64,000 nucleotides of DNA from contig MU004231.1 in the NCBI GenBank assembly GCA_010405405.1, forward strand, positions 352,991-416,990, written 5' to 3'. Source of the DNA: Microthyrium microscopicum (lineage: Eukaryota). The translations under genes and the position numbers were made by a program. The notes beneath the pieces were generated by a model. It was not told where the DNA came from and searched no databases. It was given only the letters and a program-made list of their open reading frames with translations. Every line of letters begins with the position of its first letter. Position 1 is the stretch's first letter. This document shows positions 12,767 through 26,525 of this stretch, piece after piece.

Positions 12767-13386
12767 ATTGTATGAGGGTTTGGATGTATTCTTTTTATCT
12801 TGGGAGTTGAAGATGGGTGGTACTGTATATGATGGAGACATGATACTATTGGTGTAGTTAGTAGATGTATGATAATTTAGGACTTACAGAAAGGTAATCA
12901 CGGGAATTTCGATAGCGAGAAATGAACAGATGATAATTGATATTGGACACTACTACGTAGTAGTCAGTAAGACCAGTTCAACCTGTAATGCGGCCCTAGA
13001 AAACGTAACGTCTCTTTCATCAACTGGTATCATACACTTTCCCGTAATATCAAAGTTGAACCCAACCTATTGGGTTTGCAACAAGAACCATTCGAATTTA
13101 TACATCAGACTTTTTGTACGAACATGCCTATAATACATCCCAACGGAGTTCAAAAGGTAATTAGCCATGATAGGAAGTGGCTGGAAGATGTAGAAACGCT
13201 TTTGTTTTGACCAATGAGCAGTAAAGCGTCAAATAATATGGACAAAAAGTTTGCATGGTGAAAACGCTATTAGAATCGTGGAGAAAGGGCAACTTTGTAC
13301 AATGAGGCTGGCTTTTGAAGGAAGCGAATAAAGTCGTCGCGAATGTTGGATATAATCAATATAAAAGTTTGCCTGGGCTGCTGAAA

Positions 13387-15592
13387 TCATTGAGAATTTG
13401 GACCGTTGGAATGATCGAACAAATGGGAAGCTAGTCCGGCACCAGCCCAAGGTTGTTCTTCAATTTCACCGTTGTTTACCATTTCTCGTAGCAAGCTGCG
13501 CATATGCTCTAGCTCTGGATCGGCATGAGGGTCGCTCGAATTAGCGCTGCGTGATGCGTAGCGCAAGGCAAGACGAACTTGATCGTGGACCGAAACTTGC
13601 GAACGCGAGGCTCCTGGAAATGGTGTGGATGCTGCTGGGCGCTCTGTGGATGCTACTCCACGAATTTGAGCGTGGTTGATCTCAACAGCTGCAGAAGGTC
13701 TCATTTGACGGAATGGACGTCGTTCAAATGAAGGAACAGGCGTTAGCCGGGTGCGAGAGTTGATATCACGTTCCACAAGGCGGTCACTGCCTAGTTGCCG
13801 AGCTGCAGAAAGTCGTTGCAGGTAATACGCGGAGCGGGACGAGCTTGATGGATCCAAAGACAATGGTGAGGTTGAACGCGGCATAAAGTCGTAGGTATAG
13901 GATGGGCTTTGAGCCCGAGCATTCAGCCGCTCCGAATCAGTACTGTTGGGGGGAGGAAGCCGCATCCTACGCAATTCAGCGAGCCGTTCCTGTAGTTGTT
14001 CATTTCGTAGCTCGCGTCGAGCAGCAAGCTCAGCTCGGGACCGGCGTCGAGTGTTAAGCTCATCTGGAACCCCAACAGACTCTGTTGGCGGTATCCAGTC
14101 GTTATCCGTGTCCACGACAATGCCTTCTGAGTCGACGACAATGTCTTCAGACTCGCAAGGAACATCATCATCTAGAGCAGCACTGATACTAGTAGCGCTG
14201 GTTCGGATAGAGTTTGCAGAAGAGTTTGATGTCGATTCACCGTCGTTGGATGATGCGGCGGAGAACGATGTTGGCGCAGTGGTATTGGGTACTTGCCGAA
14301 TGGAAGGTGATGGGCCAGCAGATGGAGCAGCTTCTGCGAAGGATTCGCCAGACAGCATTTGTTCTACAGCTTCCGCGGATGTGAAAGAGGAATCCGCAGA
14401 AGGAAGTTGATCATCTGGCTCCAGAGTGGCTTGCATATTGTCCCATGCATCTGGATCATTTTCCGGAGTTGTGCTGCGACTTCGATCACCCAACCCAGTG
14501 GAGGACGTAACAGCTTGAGCACGCGGCATCATAGCAGCATTTTCAACCCGAAGTCCTAGAGTGGTCGCAGAACCAGTTGTGGTCAGCGCATGTCGCCGTT
14601 GCATACGCGCATCTGCTGCTTCTTCAACATTTACAAGGCGGCGCAATTCATGATACGAGTTGGTCAATGTATCCAAATTCTCCTCGGATGTGATAAGAAG
14701 ATGCTGAAGTTCAGTTTGCATCTCGCTTTCGACTGGGAGCTCATTAGAAGGGGCGATGACACCGCGTCGTAGATCTGAATCCAAGATTTCCAAGCGGTCA
14801 AGCTGTTGTCGCAATGTGCTACGGAACCCGCTCAACTCATCATGAAGTATCTCGGCTCGATGCTGGGATGAGGCAAGATGACCAGCTATATTATGATGGG
14901 CCGCTACATGTAGCTCTATCAAATTATCGGTGCGCCTACCAATATCTTCGATGGTCGAAATGGCATGCTCCAATAGCTCGCTGATGCCATCTGGAATTGT
15001 TGGGCCAAGAGGACTGCGAACAGGAGGACGATATGAGCGAGCGGGTCGATCTTCAGTCAAAGTGGATTGTGGAACAGGAGCTCTAGGTGGGATTCGACTT
15101 CGACGACGCGCAGCATCTACTGAAGCATAACTACGACTTGGAACCAGGGTAGGAGTGCTTGTCCAGGGTGAATATCGGGGTGGAGGGGGGTTGCTCGCAT
15201 CAGGCTGTCCAGCATAAAAGACTTGAGGTAAATAATCGTTGCGATTTTGGGTATTGCGGGTAGAAGCGCGATTGGAGGAACGTCGTCTTATTGGTGAGCG
15301 TTGAGTGGCAGCTGTGGCTTCAGTTGGTGAAGCGGCTTTCTTCTCTTCTTTGCCATAATTGCAAGAACTCCAAACACTACAAAGAATAGGTTAGTAAAAT
15401 TTAACCTACGTAGAGCGCGACTTGTAAACCAACTACATCAAAGGCAGAATGGCATAATAGGCGCATATTTACCAGCGCGATCGATTGAAGTTGGAAGGAT
15501 AAGTTGTAGCTGTGGTTGGCAGGGTGCATATTGCGCGACGGCGCAAACACGCCAAACACGCGACAACAGGGACGGACTTACGGAAGACCCAT
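13387..15592 (-). CDS. Hypothetical low-complexity protein
   Basis: Long open frame from 13387 to ~15376. First exon ATGGGTCTTCC|GTAAGT at 15592 splices to give MGLPVW...RSPIRRR; contains WDNMQATLEPDDQLPSADSSFTS. Confidence 0.7.
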
Positions 15593-16599
15593 GATGGCGG
15601 TTAGATGCGATTTAAGGTTGCTATGAAGGCGCAAACCGCAAGAAATGACAGCGAAGAGGAGGATGAATTGGCGAAAGAGTGAGTGGAGATGGGGAGTTGA
15701 TGAAGTTCAGCCGCGAGCGAGTATGGAGGCTCAGCCGTGCTTGTTGGGAACTTGGGGGAGGATGGATGAGGCAAAAAGAAGTCTAAGCGCCAGGACCGGT
15801 GCAAGTGCAGTGCAGCGCGTTGGAGTGGAGACTGAGGGCAGAAGAATGATTGGCGGGGCGTGCGCGCTTCAAAAAGACTTGAACAAGTAGAAACGCGAGA
15901 GACAGTGAAGTGGATGGTTGATGCAGGCCCTGAAAACTGAGGAATTGAGGGGAAAGAACTGAAAAGTCAGGAGTGAAAATGAAGAAGCTTTGAGGGAGGG
16001 CGCAAAAAGGGAAACAAAACACCGTGAGAGTGGAAGAGAGAGGAGTTGAGGCGGAGTCACGCTTTAGGGCTCGCGGATTCAGGGAAAGAACGATCCAACG
16101 CGAAAAGGCCGAAATCTGAAAAACCGGCAGGCGGGGGATGCCTCGCGGCTGCCAGTTCTTGGAAGATTCCAACGGAAACACCGGACAACGGAAGGCCCGA
16201 CCGGTCAAGAGCACGGACTAATTTGAAACCAATGGCGAGGCAGGCAAGGACATCATGGTCACGTGGCTAGCTACCCCTGGCCCGTGCATTTTTATATCGA
16301 CTCATCGAGTATCTTTTCTCTAGTTGAAGTTACAACTTCAAGGTCTAACAAGCATTAATTCGTCTCTTGACTTGCCCAAGTCAAACATAGAAACCTGCTA
16401 CAAAATGAAATGTAACCAATGCCCATATTCTACCCTGCTCTATCTGATGTAAACATAGACACTTCATAAGAGCCTATAATGCTCCTCGTGAATGACTCAC
16501 CTGTTGCGTATTGCCATTCTACTCTCTTTGACCATTCAACGCTATATCGACTAGACATTTGAAACACATGTCCTCAACCCGGCATCTAGATCACCATTC

Positions 16600-18062
16600 A
16601 TGATCCAACTAGGCCTACAACGCATCGCCAAACTCACCCAAAACTTTCCATGGTATTACGCTCCCAAAGCAATCCACGTCGCCGGCACCAATGGCAAAGG
16701 TTCCGTCTGCAACTACATCGTCGCCGCCTTGAACGCAGCAGGAATCTCCCGCGTTGCCAAGTTCACATCTCCCCATCTCCTCGAAAGGTAAACACCACCC
16801 AATCACCCTCAACACTCCCATCTAGACCCCTTTGACTCACAATCCAACCCAGACGCGACTCCATCACCATCAACAACAACCCCATCTCCCAGGAAACCTT
16901 CAACCAACACCATACCAACCTCGAAACCCTCAACGACGCCGACTCAATCGGCGCCACCCCCTTTGAGCTCCTGACCGCCACCGCCCTAAGCATCTTCACC
17001 GCCTCATCCAGCCAAGCCGCCGTCCTCGAATGCGGCCTCGGCGGCCTCACAGACGCAACAAACATCTACCCAGCGAACCGCAAACCCATCGCCGTAATCA
17101 CCAAAGTCGGCTTGGACCACCAAGACCTCCTCGGCACCACCCTAAGCGCCATAACGCAGCAAAAATGCGGCATCTTCCACCCGCAAACCCACGTAATCTT
17201 CGACCCCACCAACGCCGCCGAAGTATTACGCACGATCCGGCACGAGGCGCGTCTAAAGGGCGCATATATCAATTATCCGTGGCACACGAAATTCGAGCAC
17301 CAGCAGCCGCCGCATCTAACGGGCGATAAGCTGTATGCTGTGCCAGAAGAGTTCCATGCTGATGTGCTGGTTGAGCGGTTGCGGAAGAGTAGGTTGGGAG
17401 AGACGCCGTATCAGGTGACGAATGCGTTGATTGCGTTTCAGGCGGCGTATACGTTTTTGTATCATAGGGGGAAGCCGTTTCAGCCGGGGACGTTGGTGGA
17501 TGCTATTGTTGATACGGGAGCGCCGGCTGGACGGTTGCAGAAGGTTGGTTTGAGTGCGCTGTTGGGGTGGCATCGCGAGATGATTCTTGATGGTGCGCAT
17601 AATGTTCAGGCGGTTGAAGCGACGCTTCCAGCTTTGGAGGGCTTGGTTGGTGTGGGGACAGATGGGAACAGAAAGCCGATATCTTGGATTATTGCGCTAT
17701 CGGAAGGCAAGGTGGTGGGCGAAATGTTGACACCGTTGATACGGGCAGGCGATACTGTTGCGGCAGTAGAGTTTGGGGAGGTGGATGGGATGCCATGGAA
17801 GAAAGCTACACCGTCAAAAGATATTGCGGAATTCATGGTCGGCCTGCAACAGGCTGGGATGCAGATTGAGGTTCAGGACTTTGGAAAAGATGTTGAGCAG
17901 GCTGTGCGTTGGTCTGCTGAGCAGTCAGAGGTCAACCCCGTATTTGCGATTGGAAGTTTATATCTGGTCTCTGACATCCTTAGACTTTTAGATACCCCAC
18001 AAGCCAGACTAAGATATATACCCGCTGATCAGGGAGCGGGATGGAACAAAAACTTTTTATAG
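16600..18062 (+). CDS. FOL3: Dihydrofolate synthetase / folylpolyglutamate synthase (FolC family)
   Basis: MIQLGLQRI, IHVAGTNGKGSVC P-loop, FTSPHL, TPFELLTA, ECGLGGLTDATN, LDHQDLLG, GRLQ, LDGAHN, GSLYLV; one intron ~16788-16852. Confidence 0.9.
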
Positions 18063-18112
18063 ACGGGTTGGGTAATCATATTCATGCATTTACAATACTG
18101 TTCCCTACTTCT

Positions 18113-19366
18113 CTAGGACTTGATCTTCTTCTTGCTCTTCGACTTTGAACTTTTGCCTTTGGATGTGACCTTTTCAGCTTTCGAAACATTCGCTTCTGGG
18201 GCCTCAACTTTCGCAACTTCCTTCTCAGATACAGGGGCTTCTATTGCCCGTGGTTCTTCAGCCTTATCCACGTCCTCAACAGCACCTCTCGCTGCTTTCT
18301 CTGGAACATCTCCCACCAGCTTCAACTCAGGCATGTCAAACTCATACCCCATCTTTTCCATCAATGCCTTCTTCTTCTCTCGGCGCACCTGTTCTCTTGT
18401 AATTCGACTCTCCCACAATTTGCGCTCACGCGGCATTTTAAGACCGCGCGCCTGGATAGCATTCCACGGAATTTTCTTGAACCGCTTATTTGCGCCCTTC
18501 CACAAGTTTTCGTGTATCTGCTCTTGCGGGATTCGGCGAACCTGAAGAATGTTGCCAAAGAGTAAGTATTTGTTCATCGTTCTGGCGACAATGTCGGCAA
18601 CTTCGCCAGATTCAAATTCTATGAAAGCATAGTGTTTTGGTGCACCAGTGCGGCGATTTCGTGCTAAGCGGAGCTGAGTGACGGTGCCGAACTGGGAGAA
18701 GTAAGCGCGCATTTGATGCTCGTAGAAACCGTGGGGAAGATGGCTAATATTGTTAGCTTGAGAAATTGACAGCGATGATAGGGTACAAACCCAATGTAAA
18801 GCGTGCCCGTATCTTCTTGATGTCCATCTTTCTTCTTTTCCAAGGCCTTCTTGTCTGCATCTGTAGCGGCTGGCACAGCTGGTAATTTGTCCAGTGCTAT
18901 GCCGTCATCTTCCTCTTCAGATTCCGAGTCACTTGACTCGCCGTATGTTGCTAGTAGCTTTTCGACATCGGCAGCGTCGAGGTCTTCACTGTCGTCCTCT
19001 GAGGCCTGCTCAACCACTTTTATGGCTTTCTTTGATCGCTTCGGTTTGGATATCGAGGTTGGTACTGCGTCCTTATCAGGCGTTTCTTCAGTAGCATCGA
19101 GGAGATCTGCAGCTCGCTTTCGGGCTGGTTTGGCAGGCGAAGGCGCTGTAGCTAATGTGGAGGTCTTGGCTTCTGTTGCCTTTGGCTTTTTGGCCTTGAG
19201 TTCCGGCTCAGTAGCTTTTTTGGCTTTTACTGGCTTGTCAAGTTTGGCTTTTTTGGATTTTTTGGCGTCTACATCAGCACCTAGTTCAATTAGCTTCGTA
19301 GCAAACAGGGTGGGAGTAGAGTATATTCATACCCTTGCGCTTGGTAGCAGGATTTGTAACAGCCAT
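18113..19366 (-). CDS. NOP15: Nucleolar RRM protein for 60S biogenesis (Nop15/NIFK family)
   Basis: Lys-rich and acidic N-terminus, TLYIG / HLPHGFYEHQMRAYFSQFG, RNRRTGAPKHYAFIEF, MNKYLLFGNIL, LWKGANKRFKKIPW; two introns. Confidence 0.9.
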
Positions 19367-19611
19367 ATTGAAACAATCTGTCAGGAAGTGGAAAGTTTAC
19401 AACGAGAGAATGAGGTTGGGATTTGATGTTGAAATTTCGAAAAATTTGGCCAAGATTTCTCACCCCACACCAGCATCCCTGCTCGTTAGCGTCAAAAGCC
19501 ACGAGCCAGACAGCCAATCACGTTTCCTTGGATTTGAACCTCTAGATCTTCTCCATCAAAAAGAGTCGCCATTCCTCGCGTTGACCTGTTCAACTCGAGA
19601 AATACGCTATC

Positions 19612-20246
19612 ATGGCTCAAGGTCTTGATCTAACGGACCCTGGCGTTTGGGATGACTCGGATCTGACCGAGTCCTGGAATGATGCGGTTAAAGAGTACAA
19701 GGTCAGTCGAGGCAAACCATTGACATGTCAGTCTTGCTAACGCGTGATAGAAATACCATAGCATACACGTCAAAGGGCAGACCCTGGCCGAGGCTCTCAC
19801 CCAGGAGGAAATAGATATGTTGGCAAAGTATGCTGTTCCAATCATGTCTAAAACCTCAAGCTAACTATTACAGGAGCGGCATGAAAGTGACTGGACAGTC
19901 TAACCCAGATATCGCAACTAATGGAACATCCGAAAAAGTTGATATCGAAGATGGTGATGCTCCCATGGTTGAGAGCGAATCCGATTTCGTTCCAGCAGAA
20001 GAGACAACTGTTGCTGGAGTCGCCAAATTTGATGCGCCAACCACGCAAGCTACAACAATCGGTGGACCACCGCTACCAGACGCACTCCTATCAACAGGTA
20101 TGTCTATCTTTTTGGGATCGAAAGTATTTGCTGATGTTATTACAGTACAGGATGAGAACATGAAGAATATCATGATGGCATGGTACTGGGCTGGCTACTA
20201 TACAGGATTCTCTGATGGTCAGAAAGCCGCGCCGACCAAACCATAA
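19612..20246 (+). CDS. SMN1: Survival motor neuron (SMN)-like protein
   Basis: N-terminal VWDDSDLTESWNDAVKEYKKYHS Gemin2-binding motif and C-terminal MMAWYWAGYYTG YG box; three introns. Confidence 0.85.
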
Positions 20247-20902
20247 CTTGACATGATCGAGAGCATCGCACCCAGCGAGGGTTATGGGCCGAACAGCACT
20301 CACTGGCAATTTTCAAACTTGATAATTCGAGCGTTCATGTGAGTTCTTGCCTCTTTAGCTTGTAAAAGATAAGGTCTGACAAAGCCTAGCGACGTCCATT
20401 TTATATTAGCACCAGCAGCACCTATAATGATAATGCAGAAACAATCCCAGACAATAGTATTCAAGACAATCAATACTAAGAGCATTTCCATATCGGATGT
20501 TGCCTTACCTAAGTATGTTTCATCTCATTCTGGCCTTAGGGGAAGTTGGCCACCATCATGCGACACTTATGCGACAACCCTTTTGCTGCACCCCAAAAAC
20601 ACTCCACCACTCATCGACCACCCAACAGTCTCATAGCATACTGTACATCCAGTTGGAGTCCACCGCCCGCAATTCTTCTTCAACAAACAGTTTTGACTTT
20701 TCAGACACCAAGGCTAGGACTCTCCAACTAATATGGCATCTCACCCACCCCCTCTCTGTCGTGGACAAATCCATCCCCAACATCACTCAACCACCATAGA
20801 CACTCCTTTTACCGCAATACCAAGACCACTTGGCCAAATTTCTGATAGTAGATGACCACGACCCTCCAACAACTCTGATCTATCCAGGTCCAACACACAA
20901 CC

Positions 20903-21809
20903 ATGAAGGCCCTCACATTCCTCGCGCTGCTAGCAGCCACCACCACCGCCCAAGAACCCTCAGCACGCATACAAACCGTACCATCCACCCTCAATCCGCC
21001 GTACACACACATACTAACAATCTCCAGATCATGGTCGGCGGGCCATCAGCCCGCTTCTCTCCAGATTCAATTTCCGCCTCACCAGGCGATATCATCCGCT
21101 TCACCTTCCTCGACACCACCGCCTCCATCGCCCAAACCTCCGCCTCCGCACCCTGCACACCTCAACCCGCCGGCTTCATTGCGCGTGCAGCCGTTGAGGG
21201 CGCTATTGATGCTAACTCGACCCTCGAGGACGCCGCGCCCGTCGTCGAACTCACCGTGTCCTCCTCCGACCCAGTGTTCATCGCTGAGACGCGCGCAAAG
21301 TGCGGATCAGGCAGCGTATTCACCATCAACGCCAGCAAAGATGCCAACGCGCTCTTCAAACGATCTGCCGACGCCGATCTAGAGAAACGTCAACTCGTAG
21401 CCGCCGCTGGTGCGCAGTTGCCAGCGCCAGTCGCAAGCACAGTGAGTGTCAAATTGGCAGGCAATGCGGCGCCAAGTGCTGCGCCAGCAGTCGGTGGAGC
21501 TGGTGTAGGTGGTGGTGTGGGCGCGGCACCGCAGGCGAGTGTTGTGCCTGGGCAGGGAAGTACGGGGTCTGGAGCACAGTGTGGGTGCAATTGTCTGTGT
21601 GGAGCGGGGAATGCGCCGCCGGCTGGTGTTGCGTCTGGCGCGTTTGGTGGTGTTGTTGGTAAGTTTCTCTGACTGGTGAAAAGAAGAGAGTTTGAGCTAA
21701 CGAGGTTAATCTAGGGATGATGCCGATGCCACAAGCAGGTGGTCCTGCGCCGCCAGCTGGAATGCCTCCTGCACCTGGAATGCCGCCTGCACGAGGTATC
21801 GTTTCGTGA
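20903..21809 (+). CDS. Secreted cupredoxin-like protein with Gly/Ala/Pro-rich C-terminus
   Basis: Signal peptide MKALTFLALLAATTTA; IMVGG..RFSPDSISASPGDIIRFTF, PC.P, CGSGSVFTIN; CGCNCLCG; two introns. Canonical Cu-binding His residues were not evident. Confidence 0.7.
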
Positions 21810-22143
21810 TCTGGGAAAGATTCGCAGCAGGAATACATGTAGGCGTTTGGTGCAAACTTTTCTGTAAATATGCTTCAAGAAACACTTATGATATCTCGCA
21901 ACAAGCCACAATCAGTCTCCGTGAAGTCTTCATCATCTCACGTACACCCATATATATCATAGGACAAAACAGTCCGCTTCGAACCATGCTGCATTGTCAA
22001 CACTACCTCAGACATAAAGCCTCAACCCACTGTTTCTGTTTTGTCAATCATCCAACTCCTACTCCTCGCGCTTCATGAACCCATCGCATATCCCTACCAA
22101 TCTATTTCTTGCCCGCATTTCTCACGCCCAACGCATAACGAAT

Positions 22144-22438
22144 CTATTTCTTCCCAGCATCCTCCCCCTTCTTCGCCTCCGCTAAACCCACCATCAGCTC
22201 AAAACCCAACACATAGCACTCATCAAACTCACCAGCAGCTTGTTTCGCACGCATAATCGCCGCCTGATCTTCCTTCGTTTTCTGGAACGCCGTACCCGAT
22301 TGCTATTACAACACATCTCATCAGCACTTCCCCCCATGTCTGCCCATAACTTGTACATACACTATTTCCCTTCTTTGCCTTTGCGGCCGCCGCCTGGGTC
22401 TTTTCACGGGCTTTTTCGCGCTGATTGCCGCGGGCCAT
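22144..22438 (-). CDS. SERF/4F5 family small protein
   Basis: MARGNQREKAREK...KKGNS / QSGT..QK.KEDQAAIMRAKQAA; three exons. Confidence 0.85.
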
Positions 22439-23402
22439 TTTGGGTGATTGTAAGCAGATAAGACTGATGGTGTGGAGAGGGATGGCTATGCGCTGCCGAT
22501 AGGTGGGTGATTGAGGATCGGGAGTAGAGGAAAGTTTGTGGCAAGGAGAATAACTGTGGTCTGGGCCGGAGGTGAATTAAATGGCAGAGAGAAAATGGTG
22601 GGGCTAGCCACGAGAGTGGGGGCGCTTTGTTTTGCTGGCCTCCCACAGTCGGTCAAGCATGGCATGGGGGCTGACCAACAACTCGGCAACTACATTCCAA
22701 GGTATCCAACTCACTTGCAAGAAAAATAGGAGAGAAGGAAATCACTAAACGAAGCAGGAACATGATTGAACAAGGCAAAAACACTGGCATGTATGAATAG
22801 CTTTCAAAAGAAATCTATAGCTAACCTACGCCGCCCTTTCCTTCTACTACTTGTGGGCAAAGTCTTTACGACCCCCCTTACATGACTTTTGGGCATACAT
22901 GAGTTTCTATTCGATTATGATCCTTTCAATTGGAGCCGGGGAGGGTGCTTGTGTTGGGTGTTGACGTGAAAATGATGGCTGCAAGGATAGGTATCGGGGT
23001 TGGTGTGTTGATGGTGATGGTGCCGGGGCTGGGATATAGTGAATGCTTCTAGCAAAGCAATATGATCCGACTTATGGCATTGGGTGTTGTCGTCCGCTGG
23101 GTTGTGAACGCCATGTGTCGGATTCGTGTCGTGTTGGGGGAGACCACTCAATAGGTTGGTGCTGGAGGTGCGTTCAGGCTTATGTAGGCCTGCATCTGGT
23201 AGACCTGGTATTGGCAGTCTTTGGGTGATTGATAGTAGACATGCTGATGTCCTATCTAAATCACAAGAAGACGGCTAGCGGTAGACTCTTCGTGCTGGGG
23301 TAGGGATATCCACGCGGGGATAGTTAGTGCTCTGGAGATGACCTGATTGATTCTCAAGTGATCATGGATCTGGAGCCTATTTTAGTGTTCGTGGCTGTAA
23401 AT

Positions 23403-26400
23403 CTAATGAGTTGGCATTTGTCCCATTGTACCTCCTGTTTTTGTTAAGGATGTGTCAGCTTTGCTAGGATCAAATCAGGATATCGCATTTGAATCGCGCG
23501 GTCAGGGCGGGAAAGAATTCCGCCATTCCCTCGAAACACTAAGAGCAACATGTTAACACAAACGAAGCGGGCAAGTGGATGAAGGTCTCGTGAAGACGAT
23601 CCATGCACTGATTGCCCACCGAGGAATCACCAGACTGGCAAAGCAGACTGATTGGACATGTTTTGGTGGTGATGATCATAACCGTTACTTAAGTGAAAAG
23701 AGGTCTCACCAGATTGTCGTTTGATTTGATCCCGAGCCCAGCGAGCGACCTCAATCGTTTGATCACGGAAATCACGATTAGCACGGATTTCACGGGCCAT
23801 AGCAGTGAGCCATTCAGCACGGAAGAGCTCAGCATAATCTCCGTTGGGAAATGCTCGAGAAACATCACTGTGGTTCATTAGCACCTCCAGAAAAACAAAA
23901 TACCGAGGAAGAAACTTACCCGACAACACCCATGCAAGAACGCAGCAAAGCCTCGGAACGAGTGTGCTCCTGGAAAATCGCATGGATCAGCTGGAAGATA
24001 GCTTCCAAGTGAGGGACTAGCAGTGCAGTTTTGTCACCAGCCATCATAGCAATAATGATTCCATCCCAAGCATCCATTATGCCTTCTCGGAGAGACGTGA
24101 CATAATCATGAAGTTCAAATGGGTCGTTTGGACCTGCGACGACTTGTCCTGCTTGGCGGAGAATTGTAGAAACTACATTAAGATAAGTCTCGAATGCCGG
24201 TCCAATTGCCTGGGCAATGTCTCCGAATGACTGGAGGATGGCCGGTTTGAAGTTGTGGCTGAGAACATTGCTTTGCAGAGTGGTGAGTAGACGATTCATC
24301 AATTCATCACACCATGGCTGAACCTTGTCCCCAAGACTTCGAACGATGTCGCTAACAAGTCCGATTGACATTGAGCACAAGCTAATTTCCTCTGTGTTCT
24401 CAAGACCCTTGTAAAGATATGGCGCAAATGTCTCCATGTAGGGTAAGAAATCAGCCTCGAGAGAGTTGGCGAGGGCACCAACAGCCGCAAACACAGTATC
24501 AGGTACTGCAGATTTTGGTGGAACATTGTTGAGCAATTGTAACAAGACGGTCATGATGCGATCGGATTGAGGCTTGATTTCGACCTCAAGGCGTTGAATG
24601 ATGGCAACAACAACGCTAGTCAAGCTAACCTGCATCTCCTCGAGTGTCATCTTATCCTCGATGCTAACGACTTGTGCTTGAAGAGGAATGGTTTTCTCTA
24701 GGCGCTCAAGGATGACATTTGAGAGTTCTGCAACAACACGCAGGCTATCAATGGCGGAATTGGTGACGAAAGAGTTGAGGACTTCGTATGCAGCAGTTCG
24801 GAGTTGATTGTCAGCATCTTGACGATCAGTAACAGCCAACAGATGTGTAACGCTTGCTTGGAAATGAGCGGTGAGAGGATTGGATTGACAGCCTGGTTCT
24901 CCGGCAAATTGATCAGCAAGGTTCATCAATGCCCAACAGCAAGAAGCGGCAATCTTGGGTTGCGCTGCAAGTCCAGTGAACAGCGAAGCAATTAGTGGTT
25001 GCAAATGTTGAGCAGGCTCGATGGAGTGATGGTTAAACTCGCAGATTCGTCCAAGAGCATATGCGACAGAATCCATGACATGAACGACAGGATCATTCAT
25101 CATTCCAATGAGGACTGGAAGGGCCGTTTGAATGATAGGCGTGAGCACGTTAGGCTCAGGACCATCAACAATACCGCCAAAGGCTGACACGGCAGCGTCA
25201 CGAAAATGCCAATCCTCGGAACGAAGATGTTTCTCAACAAAGCTCAAGACTGGAGTCATGATTGGAGTTCCGACACATGAAGCCCAGAGTTGCAAGCACT
25301 GATATGCAGCACGAGAAATGTTGTACTCGTCGTCTGCAGCATCTTCATCTTGTCGAGTCAAAAGCTCAAGGATAACAGGAATGACTTCAGGTGTAGCGAT
25401 TTTGGCGAAACTGAAATATTCTCGTAGTTCTGCGGAACCTTCGGCGGATGCCTGTCATGGAGTTAGTTTTGGTGCGTATGAGACATTGAAGTGTCTTACC
25501 TGAGTATTTTCATCTTCAATCTCCATTTCTTGATCGCAGATTGTACACCAAAACTCAACAGCCAATTTGCCAACATCTTCATCTTCGCTCTTCATGCCCT
25601 GAATAGTCAGACCAAACAAGGCCTTTTCCACGTAGAATTTCATCTTTTCGTAGTATAGACCCATGATTCGGTTGAGACACCCCCACGCTCCTTGCTGAAT
25701 TCGACTGTCGCCCGCTTGAGTTGCTTCACAGATGACTTGCATGATGTAATTTCGCTCGCCTTCATTCTCAAAGTTGGAGCGAACAAACTCTAGCGAATCA
25801 CTGAGAGCCGTAATGGCCGCATTACGAACATTTTCGTTGGGTTCTTCTTTACGAGCACCCTGAACAACAGCAGTGAGGATGGCGTTGGAATGCTTGGATA
25901 GAGTCTCGCGGAATTCCGCGTCGTTGGTCTCGCAAATAAAGCCTATTGTGTTGAGCGCAGCCTGTTTGAGTTTGCTGTCACCTTTGGCGACACCGTCGAC
26001 AAGATATGTCATCAGTTCCGGCCATTGATCGCGAGGCAACTCAATAGCAGCAATTGAAGCGATAAACTGAGCAGCACCTTGACCAGCGCGAGAATCGGTT
26101 GACGCGAGTGTCTTGATAGACAGGTCCTTGATTTGCGCACGAGCTTCGGGGGTGACGGAGGTAAGCCATTGTGACTGAACTTCTCGTAATCTACCAAAGT
26201 CTTTGTATGTGAAGGAGTTTTTCAGAGCAAGCGCAGCGGCATAGCGGACACTACTAGCAGCTTGTTCGTTCGCGAGCTCAGCAGCGAGAGTGGTTAGGTA
26301 ACCGGCCTAGTCAACGGGTTAGCGAGGCCAACGAAAAAATATGAATGCGCGCAACGTACAAAATCGGTTTGTTGGGCTTGTTTAAGTTGTTCTTCGGCAT

Positions 26401-26525
26401 CACCGCGAGTTCGGGCATCTAATATACGCGTCAGCGCGCGACCAGGCAAAGCAGGGCAGCAATTGTAAAGAAGGGGGAAGCGAACCTGGCGAGAGGGTCG
26501 CCTCAAGAACGCTGTTGACATTCAT
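23403..26525 (-). CDS. KAP95: Importin subunit beta-1 (karyopherin beta)
   Basis: MNVNSVLEATLSP, ALKNSF, ELPRDQWPELM, NFENEGERNYIMQVICEATQ, AVEFW, DEYNISRAAYQCL, DWHFRDAAVSAFG, LREGIMDAW; last exon inferred as GGTMGQMPTH*. Confidence 0.95.
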
